Shown: in pieces, positions 43,123 through 54,129 of the stretch | Position numbering within the stretch: the first letter of the stretch is position 1 | Layout of the letters: every line of letters starts with the position of its first letter | Source of the DNA: Burkholderiales bacterium | Lineage (GTDB): Bacteria; Pseudomonadota; Gammaproteobacteria; Burkholderiales; SG8-39 | Direction of reading: 5' to 3' | DNA length: 64,000 nt | Assembly: GCA_035310985.1 (NCBI GenBank) | Contig: DATGDH010000139.1 | Location: forward strand, 95,214 to 159,213 | Position numbers and translations under genes: made by a program | The notes under the pieces: generated by a model | The model's database searches: none | The model's input: only the letters and a program-made list of their open reading frames with translations | Told to the model about the DNA's origin: nothing

Positions 43123-44942
43123 AAGCCTGGATCCGCCTATTCCCGCTCGTGCTGTGCCTTGTGGTCGCGCCGGCGCTCGCGCAGCTCAAGCTCGGCCCTT
43201 CCTCCGACGATCTGCTCGAGCCCGAAAAGGCGTTCCAGTTCTCAGCGCGCGCGCTCGACGCGCAGGCGATCGAGGTGAGCTTCGCGATTGCCGACGGCTA
43301 CTATCTGTATCGCGACAAGTTCAACTTCAAGGTCGACGCGCCCCCCGGCGTCACGCTCGGCACGCCGGAGTTCCCGCCGGCGATCCGCAAGAAAGACGAG
43401 TTTTTCGGCGAGATGGATACCTACCGCAAGCAGGTGGACATCCGCATCCCGGTGCAGGCGGGTACGGCGCGCACGCTCCAGCTGAGCGTCCGGTCGCAGG
43501 GCTGTGCCGATATCGGCGTGTGCTACGTGCCGATGGACTCCAAGGCGACTATCCAGCTCGCCGCGCTCGGCGGCGGCGCCGCGGACGCGGGCACGCCGGC
43601 GCTCTCGCAAGGCGCGCGCGCGGTCGCGCCGGCGCCGCGCTTTTCCCTGTTCGCAAGCGACCGCGACATTGCCGCGCTGTTCGAGGGCAGCATGTGGCTG
43701 GTGATCCTGAGCTTCCTCGGGTTCGGAGTGCTACTGACGTTTACGCCGTGCGTATTGCCAATGGTACCGATTCTCTCGGGCATTATCGCTGGCGAAGGGA
43801 ATAGCCTGAACAAGCCGCGTGCGCTCGTGCTGTCGCTTTCGTACGTGCTTGGCATGGCGGTGACCTACACGGCCGCCGGAATCGCCGCTGCCTACTCGGG
43901 CTCAATCGTCGCAGCAGCGCTGCAGAATCCCTGGGCGCTGGGCGCCTTCGCGCTCGTGTTCGTATGGCTGGCGCTGTCGATGTTTGGCTTCCATGACCTG
44001 CAGCTGCCCGCGCTCCTTCATCATCATGTGTCGCGCGCGCATCAGAAGCTGCGCGGCGGTCACATTGCGTCGGTCGCTGCAATGGGCGTTTTGTCGGCGC
44101 TGGTCGTAAGCCCCTGCGTCACCCCTCCCTTAGCCGGAGCGTTACTCGTCATTTCGCAGACGCAGGACGCGGCGCGCGGCGGTATCGCGCTGTTCTCGAT
44201 GGCGATTGGCATGGGTATACCTTTGGTGGCAGTCGGCGTGTCCGAGGGTGCGCTGCTGCCCAAGGCGGGCCCGTGGATGAACGGCGTCAAAAAGTTCTTC
44301 GGCACGCTGCTTCTCGCGGTGGCCATCTGGATCGTCTCGCCGGTGATCCCTGCGGAGGCGCAGATGCTGCTCTGGGCCGCGCTCCTGGTCGGATCGGCGA
44401 TGTTCCTGCGTGCCATCGATCCGCTCGCGCCCGATGCTTCCGGCTATTCCAGGCTCTGGAAGGGCGCCGGGGTGATCGCGCTGGTCGCGGGGCTCGCGCT
44501 GCTTGTGGGCGTGCTTGCCGGCAACCGCAATCCGCTGCGTCCGCTCGCCGGCTTTGCTGCCGGCGGCGCGCCGGCCGCCGCACCGCTCAGGTGGGTGCCG
44601 GTGGGCTCGCTAAGCGATCTCGACGGTGCGCTGCGCGCCGGGGGCCGGCCCGCGATGCTGGATTTCTACGCGGACTGGTGCGTGTCGTGCAAGGAGATGG
44701 AAAGCTTCACTTTCAGCGATCCTCGCGTGCGCGCGCGGATGGACGGGATGCTGTTGCTGCGCGCGGACGTCACGGCGGGCACCGAGCGGCACAAGCTCCT
44801 ACTCAAGCGCTTTTCGCTTGTCGGGCCTCCCGGCATCATTTTCTTCGACGCGCAGGGTCGCGAAATCCGGGGACTGCGCGTGATCGGCTACCAGAACGCG
44901 GAACGCTTCCTGAAGACGCTGGATGTCGCGGCGGCGCCCTGA
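43119..44942 (+). CDS. dsbD: Thiol:disulfide interchange protein DsbD
   Basis: 607 aa with a signal peptide, N-terminal domain (QGCADIGVCY), TM core with TPCVLPM / SPCVTPP, and C-terminal thioredoxin DFYADWCVSCKEME. Confidence 0.9.
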   Translation: MKAWIRLFPLVLCLVVAPALAQLKLGPSSDDLLEPEKAFQFSARALDAQAIEVSFAIADGYYLYRDKFNFKVDAPPGVTLGTPEFPPAIRKKDEFFGEMDTYRKQVDIRIPVQAGTARTLQLSVRSQGCADIGVCYVPMDSKATIQLAALGGGAADAGTPALSQGARAVAPAPRFSLFASDRDIAALFEGSMWLVILSFLGFGVLLTFTPCVLPMVPILSGIIAGEGNSLNKPRALVLSLSYVLGMAVTYTAAGIAAAYSGSIVAAALQNPWALGAFALVFVWLALSMFGFHDLQLPALLHHHVSRAHQKLRGGHIASVAAMGVLSALVVSPCVTPPLAGALLVISQTQDAARGGIALFSMAIGMGIPLVAVGVSEGALLPKAGPWMNGVKKFFGTLLLAVAIWIVSPVIPAEAQMLLWAALLVGSAMFLRAIDPLAPDASGYSRLWKGAGVIALVAGLALLVGVLAGNRNPLRPLAGFAAGGAPAAAPLRWVPVGSLSDLDGALRAGGRPAMLDFYADWCVSCKEMESFTFSDPRVRARMDGMLLLRADVTAGTERHKLLLKRFSLVGPPGIIFFDAQGREIRGLRVIGYQNAERFLKTLDVAAAP

Positions 44943-44943
44943 G

Positions 44944-46883
<1,940 letters not shown>

Positions 46884-46936
46884 TTACCGTTAGACGATGT
46901 TAATCGTCTCCCGCTTCTCCTCCCTGAGCGGGTGCC

Positions 46937-47608
46937 TTAATTCTGATTAAGGCGTTTTCGCCCCCGGTTTATATCCCCTTTACCGGGGGCTTTTTTATTT
47001 TCGGCCCGGCGACCGGCGTCGCGCAGCCAGCCCTCGAGCAGGGCGCGCACTTCGGCGACGCCTTCGCGGGTAAGACTGGACAGGAGGCGCAGCTCGCCTT
47101 TGGGCACGCAGGCCTCGAGCTGGCGCTGTCCCGAACGTAGCGCGGCGATTCGCTGGGCGCGTGAGAGCTTGTCGCACTTGGACAGCAACACGAGCAGCCG
47201 TAGGCCGAGCGGTGCGAGCCAATTCAGCAAAGCGATATCCTGGGGAGTGAAGGGATGGCGCGCGTCCATGACGACCACTGCCGCCGCGAGCGACGCGCGC
47301 TTGCTCAAGTAACCGCCGACCAACGCGTCCCACTGCGTGCGCACGGCCTGGGGCACGCGCGCGTAGCCGTAACCGGGCAGGTCGACCAGCCGCCCGACCG
47401 CGCCCAGGTCGAAGAAGTTGATGGTCTGTGTACGGCCAGGGGTCTTGCTGACAAAGGCCAGTCGCCGACGTCCCGCAAGCGCGTTGAGCGCGCTGGATTT
47501 GCCAACGTTGGATCGGCCGGCGAAGACGACCTCGGGCGGACCCTCCGGCGGGAGCTGGTCGAGGCTACCCACGGATGCGGCGAACATGGCCTGTGAAAAC
47601 GCGCTCAT
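46937..47608 (-). CDS. engB: Ribosome-biogenesis GTPase EngB/YihA
   Basis: 223 aa from the ATG at 47608: G1 GRSNVGKSS, DLPGYGY, SKCDK. The basic C-terminal tail (ENKKAPGKGDINRGRKRLNQN) is encoded by a hairpin/T-run sequence on the opposite strand. Confidence 0.88.
   Translation of the reverse strand: MSAFSQAMFAASVGSLDQLPPEGPPEVVFAGRSNVGKSSALNALAGRRRLAFVSKTPGRTQTINFFDLGAVGRLVDLPGYGYARVPQAVRTQWDALVGGYLSKRASLAAAVVVMDARHPFTPQDIALLNWLAPLGLRLLVLLSKCDKLSRAQRIAALRSGQRQLEACVPKGELRLLSSLTREGVAEVRALLEGWLRDAGRRAENKKAPGKGDINRGRKRLNQN
46960..47001 (+). terminator. Orphan plus-strand rho-independent terminator embedded antisense in the engB 3' end
   Basis: 9-bp stem GCCCCCGGT/ACCGGGGGC (46960-46968 / 46982-46990), 13-nt loop, then TTTTTTATTTT. 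On the minus strand the hairpin is followed by CGAAAACGCC, with no U-run. Confidence 0.6.
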
Positions 47609-47677
47609 ATGCAGGCGTAAGAGTCGGGAATTGTAATAAAATTGCCCGCTTTGACCGGGAACCGAAGGAGTAGCCGA

Positions 47678-48313
47678 ATGATTCGAGTACTGGCGGCGGG
47701 CGTTGGCGTGGCCGTGCTTTCTGCGGGCGCGGCGTTCGCCCAAGACGGCGCAAAGGCCGATCTCGCCAAGGGCCAGCAGATCGCCACGCAGGTATGCGCG
47801 GCGTGCCACGGACCCGACGGCAACAGTGTTGCGCCCGCCAACCCGAAGCTCGCTGGGCAGTTCCCGGAATACCTGTACAAGCAGCTGAGTAATTTCAAAT
47901 CACAGGACGGCAAAAAGGCGCTGCGCGAGAACGCGATCATGAACGGTATGGTCGCCAATCTATCGGATGCCGACATGCACTCCGTCGCGGCCTACTTCGC
48001 GAGCCAGACACTGCGCCCCGATTGGGCGCACGACAAGGACCTTGCGGCGCTCGGGCAGACGCTCTACCGCGGCGGAAATCTGCAGAGCGGCGTGCCGGCC
48101 TGCGCGGGCTGTCATGGGCCGACGGGCGCCGGAAATCCCGTACAGTATCCCCGCATCGCCGGCCAGTACACCGACTACGTCGAGGCTCAGCTCAAGGCGT
48201 TCCGCGCGGGAACGCGCGCCAATGACCCCAACGGCATGATGCGGGGAGTCGCTGCGCACCTGACCGACGAGGAGATCAAGGGCCTCGCGCAGTACGCCGC
48301 AGGCCTGCGCTAG
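47678..48313 (+). CDS. Dihaem cytochrome c4
   Basis: 211 aa with a signal peptide and two haem motifs, CAACH and CAGCH, each with a downstream Met. AAGGAG SD. Confidence 0.88.
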   Translation: MIRVLAAGVGVAVLSAGAAFAQDGAKADLAKGQQIATQVCAACHGPDGNSVAPANPKLAGQFPEYLYKQLSNFKSQDGKKALRENAIMNGMVANLSDADMHSVAAYFASQTLRPDWAHDKDLAALGQTLYRGGNLQSGVPACAGCHGPTGAGNPVQYPRIAGQYTDYVEAQLKAFRAGTRANDPNGMMRGVAAHLTDEEIKGLAQYAAGLR

Positions 48314-48361
48314 CCGGGGCCCGCGCTCCTCGGGCGGGCGAGGCCTCGCACTTCGCAGCCC

Positions 48362-49735
48362 ATGCTCGACCTGCTGGTCATCGGTTCAGGCCCCGGCGGC
48401 TACCGCGCCGCGGTGCTGGCCGCGCAGCGGGGACTGTCGGTCGCGATCGCCGAGAAGGACACCTGGGGCGGTGCCTGCCTGAACCGCGGTTGCGTGCCGA
48501 AAAGGGACTGGTATCACACCGCGCGCATCGCGCTAGCGGCCGAGAGCTTCGCCGCGCGCGGCTTGCGTGCGACGCTCGAGCCGGACCCCGCGGCAGCCTG
48601 GCGTCACCAGCGCGTCGTGGTCGAAACCGTGCGCGCGAGCTACCTCGACTACCTCGCCCGCCTCGGTGTGGAGCGCTTCGCGGGCGCCGCGCGTTTCGTA
48701 GACCCAGAGCGCGTCGCACTCGGCGACGAGGTCGTCACTGCGCGCAACTTCGTGCTCGCCACCGGCTCGCGCCCTCACTTGCCCGAGATGCTGCGCGGGG
48801 TGCCGCGCGTGCTTACTACGGACGAGCTGTTCGAAGCGCCGCTACCAGCAGGAAGGCGCATCGCGCTCCTCGGCAGCGGCACAGTCGGCACGGAGATGGC
48901 CTTCATATTGCCGCGACTCGGTTTCGAGGTAGTTTGGCTGACGGGTCATGCGCCGCTCTCGCGCGCGCGTTTCAGCGCCACCGCGAGAAAGCGGCTGCGC
49001 GATGCGCTCGCCGCGCAGGGAATGCGTGCGCGCACGGATAGCCGGCCGGAGCGCGTGCACGCGGACAGCGACGGCGTGGTGCTCCAGCTGCCCGGCGGCC
49101 TGCGCGAGCGCGTCGACTGGGTGCTGGCGGGCACGGGGCGGCGGCCCAACACGGATACGCTCGGACTCGAGCTCGCTGGCGTGCACACGACGTCCGACGG
49201 ATTCGTCGTTGTCGACGACGAGCAGCGCACCTCGGTGAGCAACATCTTCGCAATCGGCGACTGCGCAAACCAAGCGATGACCGCGAATCACGCGCTCGCC
49301 GAGGCGACCGTCGCAGTGGCGAACATCGTCCTCGCGGGAGCGCGGCGCAGCGAGCGCGCCTGGGTGCCGGAAGTGATCTACTCGGCGCTCGAACTCGCGC
49401 GCGCGGGTGCAAGTGAGGACGAGCTAGACGATGCGGACGCGGAGTACGCGGTCGGCTTCTCGGCGTTCACTGTCAATCCGGCGGCGCTCGGGGAGGATGC
49501 GGCCGAGGGCTACGTGCGCTTGCTCGTCGCCCGAGACGCCGGCTCGCTGCTGGGCTGCGAGATCGTCGGCGCGCAGGCTGGCGAGCTCATTCATCTCGCC
49601 GGCCAGGGAAGCGCGCAGGTTCCGTTGCTCGAGCGCCTGGCGCGAGTCTCCTTCAATCACCCAAGCCGCAGCGAAGAGTTCCTGAACGCGGCAGAAACGC
49701 TGATCGCGTCCTGGGGCATGCCGGCGCCGCTCTGA
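48362..49735 (+). CDS. FAD-dependent pyridine nucleotide-disulfide oxidoreductase (dihydrolipoyl dehydrogenase/glutathione reductase family)
   Basis: 457 aa, GSGPGGY, redox-active GGACLNRGCVPK, C-terminal HPSRSEE (His-Glu dyad context). Confidence 0.8.
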   Translation: MLDLLVIGSGPGGYRAAVLAAQRGLSVAIAEKDTWGGACLNRGCVPKRDWYHTARIALAAESFAARGLRATLEPDPAAAWRHQRVVVETVRASYLDYLARLGVERFAGAARFVDPERVALGDEVVTARNFVLATGSRPHLPEMLRGVPRVLTTDELFEAPLPAGRRIALLGSGTVGTEMAFILPRLGFEVVWLTGHAPLSRARFSATARKRLRDALAAQGMRARTDSRPERVHADSDGVVLQLPGGLRERVDWVLAGTGRRPNTDTLGLELAGVHTTSDGFVVVDDEQRTSVSNIFAIGDCANQAMTANHALAEATVAVANIVLAGARRSERAWVPEVIYSALELARAGASEDELDDADAEYAVGFSAFTVNPAALGEDAAEGYVRLLVARDAGSLLGCEIVGAQAGELIHLAGQGSAQVPLLERLARVSFNHPSRSEEFLNAAETLIASWGMPAPL

Positions 49736-49802
49736 GCCGGGCGGAATAGTTTGTCTCGCTCGCTTGTTTACGGGTTAGTTGCACAAACCCAGGGAGAATA
49801 CG

Positions 49803-50186
49803 ATGAACAGGCGTTACAAAGTCACCATTGCAGCGGCGCTGATCGCACTCGCGGCGGGCTGTGCAAGCATGGGGGATCCGACCGGCGTGCGTGTCGCCGA
49901 CGGAATGCTGACCGACAAAGCCGGGATGACGCTCTATACCTTCGATAACGATCCGACCGGCGGAGGCAAGAGCATGTGCAACGGCCCTTGCGCGCAGAAC
50001 TGGCCGCCGCTCGCGGCCGGCGCCGGCGAGTCCGCGGGCGGCGACTGGAGTATCGTCATGCGCCAGGACGGCAGCCTGCAATGGGCGTACAAAGGCAAGC
50101 CGCTCTATCGCTGGATAAAGGATCAGAAACCGGGCGACAAGACGGGAGACGGGTTCCGCGGCATCTGGCACGTGGCGCGGACGTAG
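49803..50186 (+). CDS. Predicted lipoprotein with Yx(FWY)xxD repeats (COG4315 / Lipoprotein_15-like)
   Basis: 127 aa with lipobox LAAGCA and motifs LYTFDND and LYRWIKD, plus CNGPCAQNWPP. Confidence 0.75.
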   Translation: MNRRYKVTIAAALIALAAGCASMGDPTGVRVADGMLTDKAGMTLYTFDNDPTGGGKSMCNGPCAQNWPPLAAGAGESAGGDWSIVMRQDGSLQWAYKGKPLYRWIKDQKPGDKTGDGFRGIWHVART

Positions 50187-50232
50187 CCGCGGGAGCCGCT
50201 GCCGGAAGACACGCGCGCGGGATAATGGCTGC

Positions 50233-50733
50233 ATGGCGGAACGGCGCGCAATCGTCGAGTTGATCCCGCGCCTGCGGCGCTACGCGCGGGCCCTCGTCGG
50301 CGACCGCGCTGCAGCCGATGATCTGGTGCAGGATACGCTCGAGCGTGCGTGGATCAAGTTTCATTTGTACCGCGACGGCACGGACTTGCGCGCGTGGCTG
50401 TTTACGGTGATGCACAACGTGCACGTCAATCGCGTGCGCGCAGCGCGCAACGCCGATCCGCTCGACGAGGAAATGCCGGAGATGGCGCAGCGCGGCACCC
50501 AGGGCGACGCGCTCGTGCTGCGCGATCTGGAGCGGGCCATCGTGCGACTGCCGGACGAGCAGCGCGAGGTTCTTCTGCTCGTGGCACTGGAGGACATGAG
50601 CTACGATGAGGTCGCGCGCACCTTGGGCATCCCGATCGGCACGGTCATGTCGCGCCTGTCGCGCGCGCGCGAGAAGTTGCGTGTGATGATGCTCGAGCTG
50701 CCGGCAACTGCGAAGCTGAAGCTCGTCAAATGA
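50233..50733 (+). CDS. ECF-type RNA polymerase sigma-70 factor
   Basis: 166 aa with region 2 (DDLVQDTLERAW...RAWLFTVMHN) and region 4 (LPDEQREVLLLVALEDMSYDEVARTLGIPIGTVMSRLSRAR). Confidence 0.9.
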   Translation: MAERRAIVELIPRLRRYARALVGDRAAADDLVQDTLERAWIKFHLYRDGTDLRAWLFTVMHNVHVNRVRAARNADPLDEEMPEMAQRGTQGDALVLRDLERAIVRLPDEQREVLLLVALEDMSYDEVARTLGIPIGTVMSRLSRAREKLRVMMLELPATAKLKLVK

Positions 50734-50742
50734 GGCGAGGCG

Positions 50743-51546
50743 ATGACGTCCGAACAACCCGTCACTGAACCCGATCTGCAAGCGTACGCCGACGGTCGGC
50801 TCGCCGACGCGCGCCGTGCGGAAGTCGAGGCGTGGCTGGCTGCGCGTCCCGACGAGGCCGAGCGTGTCGAGGACTATCGCGCACAAGGTGAGATGCTGCG
50901 CGCCTTGTACGATCCGGTGCTCGGCGAGCCAGTGCCGGAGCGGCTGCGCGCGGCCGCCCGGGGCGGGGTACGCTCTGGCGCCTTCGCTCGCGCGGCGGGC
51001 TGGGTCGCGCTCGGTGCAGCACTCGGGATTTTGGCGGGCTGGCAACTGCGCGCTCTGCAGGCGCCGGCGCGAGTGGCGCAGAGCGAGGGCCTGTCGATGG
51101 CGCGCCTCGCCGCCGTCGCGCACGTGACGTATTCGCCTGAAGTGCGGCACCCCGTGGAGGTCGGCGCCGACCAGGAAGCACATCTGGTCGCCTGGCTGTC
51201 GAAGCGCCTTGGCGCACCGTTACACGTGCCGGCGCTGGACCGGGCCGGCTTGACGCTCGTCGGGGGGCGGCTCCTGCCCGGCAACGGTGATCCGGCGAAG
51301 GGCGTCAATCTCGCGCCGGTGGCGCAGTTCATGTACCAGGGCGCGAAGGGACAGCGCGTGACGCTCTACGTGCGCACCGAGCCGGAAGGCCATCACGACA
51401 CGGCATTTCGCTTCGCGCGCGAGGGCGGCGTGCGCGTGTTCTACTGGATCGACCGCAACTTCGGCTACGCGCTGTCCACGTCCGACTTGGATCGCGCCGA
51501 GTTGCTGAACGTCGCAAACCTGGTCTACAAGCAGTTGAATCCCTGA
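50743..51546 (+). CDS. Anti-sigma factor (single-pass membrane protein)
   Basis: 267 aa. N-terminal anti-sigma domain (LQAYADGRLADARRAEVEAWLAARPDE), one TM (WVALGAALGILAGW) and a periplasmic C-terminus. Starts 10 nt after the sigma gene. Confidence 0.7.
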   Translation: MTSEQPVTEPDLQAYADGRLADARRAEVEAWLAARPDEAERVEDYRAQGEMLRALYDPVLGEPVPERLRAAARGGVRSGAFARAAGWVALGAALGILAGWQLRALQAPARVAQSEGLSMARLAAVAHVTYSPEVRHPVEVGADQEAHLVAWLSKRLGAPLHVPALDRAGLTLVGGRLLPGNGDPAKGVNLAPVAQFMYQGAKGQRVTLYVRTEPEGHHDTAFRFAREGGVRVFYWIDRNFGYALSTSDLDRAELLNVANLVYKQLNP

Positions 51547-51642
51547 CGCGGGCCTGTAGGCCGCTGCGCGCCCACCGCGCGTATCATCGGCCTGTAAGTT
51601 GGCGACCATCTCGTGCGACCCAACGCCGAAAGGAGATTGCAC

Positions 51643-52605
51643 ATGCTGATCCGCAAGCCGTCGGATATCGCCCCTTCGGACATCACGCCGCAGTCGGTGT
51701 ACGTGCGCCGCAGAGAGTTCCTCAGGCAGGCCGTAGCGCTCGGCCTGATCGCGCCGCTGCTGCCGGAAGAAGCGCAGGCCAGCGCGGCTGCCAAGCTGCC
51801 CGGGCGGCCAGGCCCGTTCAGTACCAGCGAAAAGCCTACGCCCTACAAGGACGTGACCTCCTACAACAACTTCTACGAGTTCGGCACGAGCAAGAGCGAC
51901 CCTGCCGAATACGCAGGCACGTTGCGCACGCGGCCATGGACGATCGCGGTCGAAGGCGAGGCGCTCAAGCCGCGCAGCTTCGACATCGACGAGCTGCTGA
52001 AGCTCGCGCCGATGGAGGAGCGCACCTACCGGCACCGCTGCGTCGAAGGCTGGTCGATGGTGATCCCTTGGGTGGGCTACCCGCTGTCGAATCTGCTGCG
52101 GGCGGTGCAGCCCACTGGCAAGGCGAAGTACGTGGAATTCGTCACCCTGCTCGACCCCGCGCAGATGCCGGGGCAGAACAACTCGGTGCTGGAATGGCCC
52201 TATCGGGAAGGGCTGCGCATGGACGAGGCCATGCACCCGCTCACGCTGCTGACTTTCGGCCTGTACGGAGAAGTGTTGCCGAACCAGGACGGCGCGCCCC
52301 TGCGCATGGTCGTCCCCTGGAAATACGGCTTCAAGGGCGCGAAGTCGATCGTGCGCATTCGCCTGGTCGAGCAGCAGCCCGTCACGTCATGGATGCGCGC
52401 GGTGCCCGACTGGTACGGGTTCTACTCGAACGTTAATCCCAAGGTCAGCCCGCAGAACTGGAGCCAGGCGACCGAGCGGCGCATCGGGCAGGAAGGTGCC
52501 TTCGGTGGACTGTTCGCGCCGCGCATTCCCACGCAGTTGTTCAACGGCTACGGCGACCAGGTGGCCCAACTGTATGCGGGAATGGATCTCACCAAGTACA
52601 TTTGA
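51643..52605 (+). CDS. msrP: Protein-methionine-sulfoxide reductase catalytic subunit MsrP (YedY; molybdopterin)
   Basis: 320 aa with a Tat-like RRREFLRQA signal, YNNFYEFG, and [18 protein letters not shown]. Confidence 0.92.
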   Translation: MLIRKPSDIAPSDITPQSVYVRRREFLRQAVALGLIAPLLPEEAQASAAAKLPGRPGPFSTSEKPTPYKDVTSYNNFYEFGTSKSDPAEYAGTLRTRPWTIAVEGEALKPRSFDIDELLKLAPMEERTYRHRCVEGWSMVIPWVGYPLSNLLRAVQPTGKAKYVEFVTLLDPAQMPGQNNSVLEWPYREGLRMDEAMHPLTLLTFGLYGEVLPNQDGAPLRMVVPWKYGFKGAKSIVRIRLVEQQPVTSWMRAVPDWYGFYSNVNPKVSPQNWSQATERRIGQEGAFGGLFAPRIPTQLFNGYGDQVAQLYAGMDLTKYI

Positions 52606-52630
52606 GCGCGTGCCGCGAGGACCTGCCTCC

Positions 52631-53338
52631 GTGCGTCAGCCCGCAGCGAGCGTGATCGCTCCGCCGAGCCTGCGCGTGGCCGCGGCGAGCGGCACGCTGC
52701 GCCTGCGCCGTGCGACCTTGCAGGCGTACTGGTTCAAGCCAGCGCTATTCGTACTCTGCCTGGTGCCGCTCGCGTCGCTCGTGTGGCGCGCATTCGCGGT
52801 GCAACTCGGGCCGAACCCCGAGCAGACGCTGATCTGGACCATGGGGCTCTGGACGCTGCGCTTCCTGCTGTTCACGCTGGCCGTTACGCCGCTGCGCCAA
52901 TTGACCGGGTGGGCCGAGCTCGCGCGCTTCCGGCGCATGCTGGGCCTATTCGCATTCTGCTACGCGGCGCTGCACTTCACCTGTTACCTGTGGCTGGTCA
53001 ACGACTTCAGTCTCAGCGCCGTGGCGAAAGACGTGGTCAAGCACCCCTTCGTGCTCGCGGGCATGACCGCGCTCGCCCTCATGCTGCCGCTCGCCGCTAC
53101 CTCAACGAACCGCATGGTGAAGCGCCTCGGCGCCAGGCGCTGGCAGGCGCTGCACAAGCTGGTGTACCTGGTAGCCGTGGTGGCGGTGTTCCACTTCTGG
53201 TGGCTCAAGCTGGCCAAGAACAACACGGCCGAGCCGAAGCTGTACGCCCTGCTGTTCGGGCTGCTGCTCGGCTACCGACTGGTCAAGGCGCTGCGGGCAC
53301 GCACGGACCGCGCCCGCGCGCTCACGCGCGGCGGATGA
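52631..53338 (+). CDS. msrQ: Protein-methionine-sulfoxide reductase haem-binding subunit MsrQ (YedZ)
   Basis: Ferric-reductase-like TM protein (TPLRQLTGW...RRMLGLFAFCYAALHF...HKLVYLVAVVAVFHFWW). There is no in-frame ATG near the N-terminus. The GTG at 52631 (GAGGA ~10 nt upstream) was chosen; 52610, 52652 and 52676 are alternatives. Confidence 0.85.
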   Translation: MRQPAASVIAPPSLRVAAASGTLRLRRATLQAYWFKPALFVLCLVPLASLVWRAFAVQLGPNPEQTLIWTMGLWTLRFLLFTLAVTPLRQLTGWAELARFRRMLGLFAFCYAALHFTCYLWLVNDFSLSAVAKDVVKHPFVLAGMTALALMLPLAATSTNRMVKRLGARRWQALHKLVYLVAVVAVFHFWWLKLAKNNTAEPKLYALLFGLLLGYRLVKALRARTDRARALTRGG

Positions 53339-54125
53339 CGTAGCCGCCAGACTTCTCGTCGCGCTCGAGCGCGACGAGCTTGCGCTTCTCGGCTTCCTCG
53401 AGCAGGTCGGAAAAGGCGCGAAAGCCGTAGTAGGACTCGTTGAAGCCGGGCTTCCTGCGCTTGAGCGTCTGCTTGACCATCGAGCCCCAGATCTTCTCGC
53501 CCTCGCCGCGCTCTGCGATCAGCGCGTCGACCGTTTCGAGCAACAGCTCCATCGCCTCCTGCTGCTTCTCGTCGGCTTCCGGAGGTCCCTTGACGGTTGC
53601 CGCGGGCCGCGCCTCCTTCCTCTTGCGCGCTGCGCGCCGCTTCGCCTCCTCCTCGCGCACGAGGTCGTCGTAGTAGATGAATTCGTCGCAGTTGGCGATC
53701 AGCAGGTCGGAGGTCGAATTCTTCACCCCGACGCCGATAACCACCTTGGCGTTTTCGCGCAATTTGGAAACGAGCGGCGAGAAGTCCGAATCGCCGCTGA
53801 TGATCACGAACGTGTCGACGTGGGATTTCGTATAGCACAAGTCGAGCGCGTCTACGACCATGCGTATGTCCGCCGAGTTCTTCCCGGATTGGCGCACGTG
53901 AGGAATCTCGATCAGCTCGAACGAGGCGCCGTGCATAACCGACTTGAATTCCTTGTAGCGCTCCCAGTCGCAGTACGCCTTCTTCACCACGATGCTGCCC
54001 TTGAGCAGCAAGCGCTCGAGCACGCGGTTGATGTCGAACTGCGCGTACTTGGCATCGCGCACGCCGAGGGCGATGTTCTCGAAGTCGCAGAACAAAGCCA
54101 TGTTGCGGGTTTCCTGGGTGGCCAT
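53322..54125 (-). CDS. NYN (LabA-like, PIN-related) nuclease-fold domain protein with a C-terminal OST-HTH/LOTUS domain
   Basis: 267 aa. NYN core ALFCDFENI...GKNSADIRMVVDA...VIISGDSDFSPLV, a charged linker, then a LOTUS-like region (...WGSMVKQTLKRRKPGFNESYYGFRAFSDLLEEA...). Its 3' end overlaps msrQ by 17 nt. Confidence 0.8.
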   Translation of the reverse strand: MATQETRNMALFCDFENIALGVRDAKYAQFDINRVLERLLLKGSIVVKKAYCDWERYKEFKSVMHGASFELIEIPHVRQSGKNSADIRMVVDALDLCYTKSHVDTFVIISGDSDFSPLVSKLRENAKVVIGVGVKNSTSDLLIANCDEFIYYDDLVREEEAKRRAARKRKEARPAATVKGPPEADEKQQEAMELLLETVDALIAERGEGEKIWGSMVKQTLKRRKPGFNESYYGFRAFSDLLEEAEKRKLVALERDEKSGGYVIRRA

Positions 54126-54129
54126 TTTT

